A stretch of 64,000 bases of DNA from sequence record ON000910.1; one strand, 5' to 3'. Positions 62,272 through 64,000 of the stretch are shown one piece after another (position 1 is the first letter of the stretch; every line of letters starts with the position of its first letter). Below the pieces are notes generated by a model, which was given only the letters and a program-made list of their open reading frames with translations, did not search any database and had not been told where the DNA came from. The position numbers were made by a program, and so were the translations under genes.

Positions 62272-62451
62272 TTACTGTTCTGAATATCTAACACCTTTGA
62301 GAAATGCCTCAAGGCAATATTCATTATACGATTCGTAAACAACTTGACCGTTGTCTTTTATCTGCCATAGTGATTGATTGTGTTCGTCAATTTCTTCGTT
62401 CAGAATGAACCCTTGACGTTCAACCATATCTCGTATTTCATGCTTTCTCAT
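62272..62451 (-). CDS. small protein (59 aa, not in track)
   Basis: GAGGTTATTATG; MRKHEIRDMVERQG... Confidence 0.6.
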   Translation of the reverse strand: MRKHEIRDMVERQGFILNEEIDEHNQSLWQIKDNGQVVYESYNEYCLEAFLKGVRYSEQ

Positions 62452-62496
62452 AATAACCTCGTTTTAGAGTGGCGACTCAAGCCGCCACTATTTTAA

Positions 62497-63873
62497 TTAA
62501 AGGACTCGACCACCACAGTGTTCGCCTTTCTCTAGTTTAGTACGTACATATGGAATACGTTCTTCACTCAGATCTTTCCAGTATTGATCAGTGTTCGGTG
62601 TTGTGCTGTGACCGTAACCGTAGTTGTGACCGATTTCGTGCAAGAATACACGAGTGTTGTGGTCATAGTTTGCAAGATCATACATCTTAGATTCAGTCTT
62701 GGTGTTTGCAGCCCATGCGAAAATCGCAAAGGTTGTGTGCTCGTCGTATGACGGTGCAACGCCGTAGATTGAAGTTACCCCACCTGTATAACCAGGTGAA
62801 GGCAAGTAACCTTCATCACCAGTCATGATCATATTCGCACGACATGACTCAAAGTTGTTATTGAACCCTGCGTATGCTTTCATCGACGCGCTTACTAATG
62901 CGTTTTCACGCTGCATCTTCAAGATCTCAATAGCACGCACTGAACTGTATTCATACAGTGGAATACGACCTTCCAAGTGAGGGAAGTTTCTCAGGTCATC
63001 AGTCTGCGGTGAGTAAGTCTGATATAGACCAGAACTGTTACCAGTCAGAATCGGTTCAATTAAGCCTAGTTTGTAACCAACCTGTACTGAGTTCGAGTTC
63101 ACTTGTTTTTGCCATGTTTCCCACCACTTCGGGTCTGCCATGTGGAAGTATGATAGATTACCATCACCACCCATCCCCGGGATTAATGTCGCGTTCACCA
63201 TCAAGTACGGACGGTCAAACGTCTTATTCGCTTGATCAATCGATGTCTTGATGCTTGATAGATCTTCAGTTGTGTGTAACCAGTTCAACGCTTTAATCCA
63301 GAAGCCTGCCAGATCACCACCGTAGTTCATGTCGTTAACTGTGTAACATACACGTTTACCGAGCTGATAACGACAGCTCTCGCGGCGTAAGTTAGCCCAA
63401 CCCACATCAAGCGAGCCGTTTACATCAAACTTGCTTGAGTCTGCATTCATGCGAAGCGTGTATTCAAAGCCGTTATCAAAACATGCGCTACCTGATACAG
63501 AACATGCCCACTTCAATGGTGCCATAGCAAGTGTACTAAGAGCACGCATATCATCACTTGGTGACATTGTACGCATGTCTGTTGAATCTTTCCAGAACCC
63601 GTAACCGTTACTGTCCATCGAAATGTAAGTGCTATTGACGGTCTGACTGATTTCACCGGTTTTCTTATACTCAGCGTCAGCTTCTTGCATCGCGCTGTTT
63701 AACCAGGTACGTAACACTGAGTTGTGATAACCGTTCGTCATATGAGGGAACGTGAACTCAGTTGTGAAAGGACTCGGTGTTTCGACACCTTCAGCCGGTA
63801 GTCCCGTGAATGTAGCCGCTGTCGTTGACGCAGTAGAACATAACAATGCTAATGAAAGCCAAAGTTTTTTCAT
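62497..63873 (-). CDS. secreted zinc metalloprotease (metzincin-type motif)
   Basis: Signal peptide MKKLWLSLALLCSTASTTAA; HEIGHNYGYGH = HExxHxxGxxH. Confidence 0.8.
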   Translation of the reverse strand: MKKLWLSLALLCSTASTTAATFTGLPAEGVETPSPFTTEFTFPHMTNGYHNSVLRTWLNSAMQEADAEYKKTGEISQTVNSTYISMDSNGYGFWKDSTDMRTMSPSDDMRALSTLAMAPLKWACSVSGSACFDNGFEYTLRMNADSSKFDVNGSLDVGWANLRRESCRYQLGKRVCYTVNDMNYGGDLAGFWIKALNWLHTTEDLSSIKTSIDQANKTFDRPYLMVNATLIPGMGGDGNLSYFHMADPKWWETWQKQVNSNSVQVGYKLGLIEPILTGNSSGLYQTYSPQTDDLRNFPHLEGRIPLYEYSSVRAIEILKMQRENALVSASMKAYAGFNNNFESCRANMIMTGDEGYLPSPGYTGGVTSIYGVAPSYDEHTTFAIFAWAANTKTESKMYDLANYDHNTRVFLHEIGHNYGYGHSTTPNTDQYWKDLSEERIPYVRTKLEKGEHCGGRVL

Positions 63874-63928
63874 TTTATACCTATATTTTTAAGTTTTATT
63901 TTTATCTGTACAACCTAACCAGACGTGA

Positions 63929-63996
63929 ATTGCAGTACATCGCTGCAATGTGAAACTAGTATAGCATCATGTCGTTGATATTAAACTAGTTTCACA
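63929..63996 (-). promoter_or_regulatory. inverted-repeat-bracketed promoter upstream of the protease
   Basis: TGTGAAACTAGT-24 nt-ACTAGTTTCACA; GTTTAA-17 nt-TATACT between the arms; also ATTGCAG-7 nt-CTGCAAT. Confidence 0.5.
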
Positions 63997-64000
63997 ATCT

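Noticed and set aside
1291-63251. Short plus-strand ORFs in the track (e.g. 1291-1677, 13355-13753, 41076-41438, 44701-45078, 57558-57908, 62958-63251)
   Set aside because: Antisense shadows of tightly tiled minus-strand genes, with no RBS or motif. Only 40446, 50684 and 56494 are supported on the plus strand.
1-64000. Prophage/integrase, IS transposase, rRNA or host chromosomal DNA
   Set aside because: No integrase, repressor, transposase or rRNA signature; the content is that of a lytic T4-type genome.

Overview
64-kb segment of a lytic T4-type (Straboviridae) myovirus. Gene content closely matches KVP40-like vibriophages (Schizotequatrovirus); this is inferred from gene content, not from a database search. 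Nearly all genes are on the minus strand. The left ~36 kb is an accessory region of small early ORFs with several paralog families, pnuC, nadR, denV, tk, natV and a repeat-flanked GIY-YIG gene. The right part carries dda, a K+ channel, rIIA/rIIB, an N6-MTase, an ArdA-like gene, rnl2, gp49, gp31, a 7-deazaguanine cluster (gat, queC, queF, dpdA, folE, queD, with an antisense HNH gene inserted), dCMP deaminase and a secreted metzincin-type protease. Most unusual signals: (1) eight co-oriented DnaA-box-like 9-mers at 28719-28827 in the largest non-coding gap, where G/C skew appears to flip, although T4-type phages are not known to use host DnaA; (2) a microhomology scar at 14.7-16.1 kb consistent with circle-mediated gene capture; (3) promoter-in-terminator cassettes; (4) a structured RNA upstream of a putative capsid-packaged membrane protein. 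No tRNA, CRISPR array, integrase or intron was recognised. Many starts were moved from the ORF track to RBS-supported codons.
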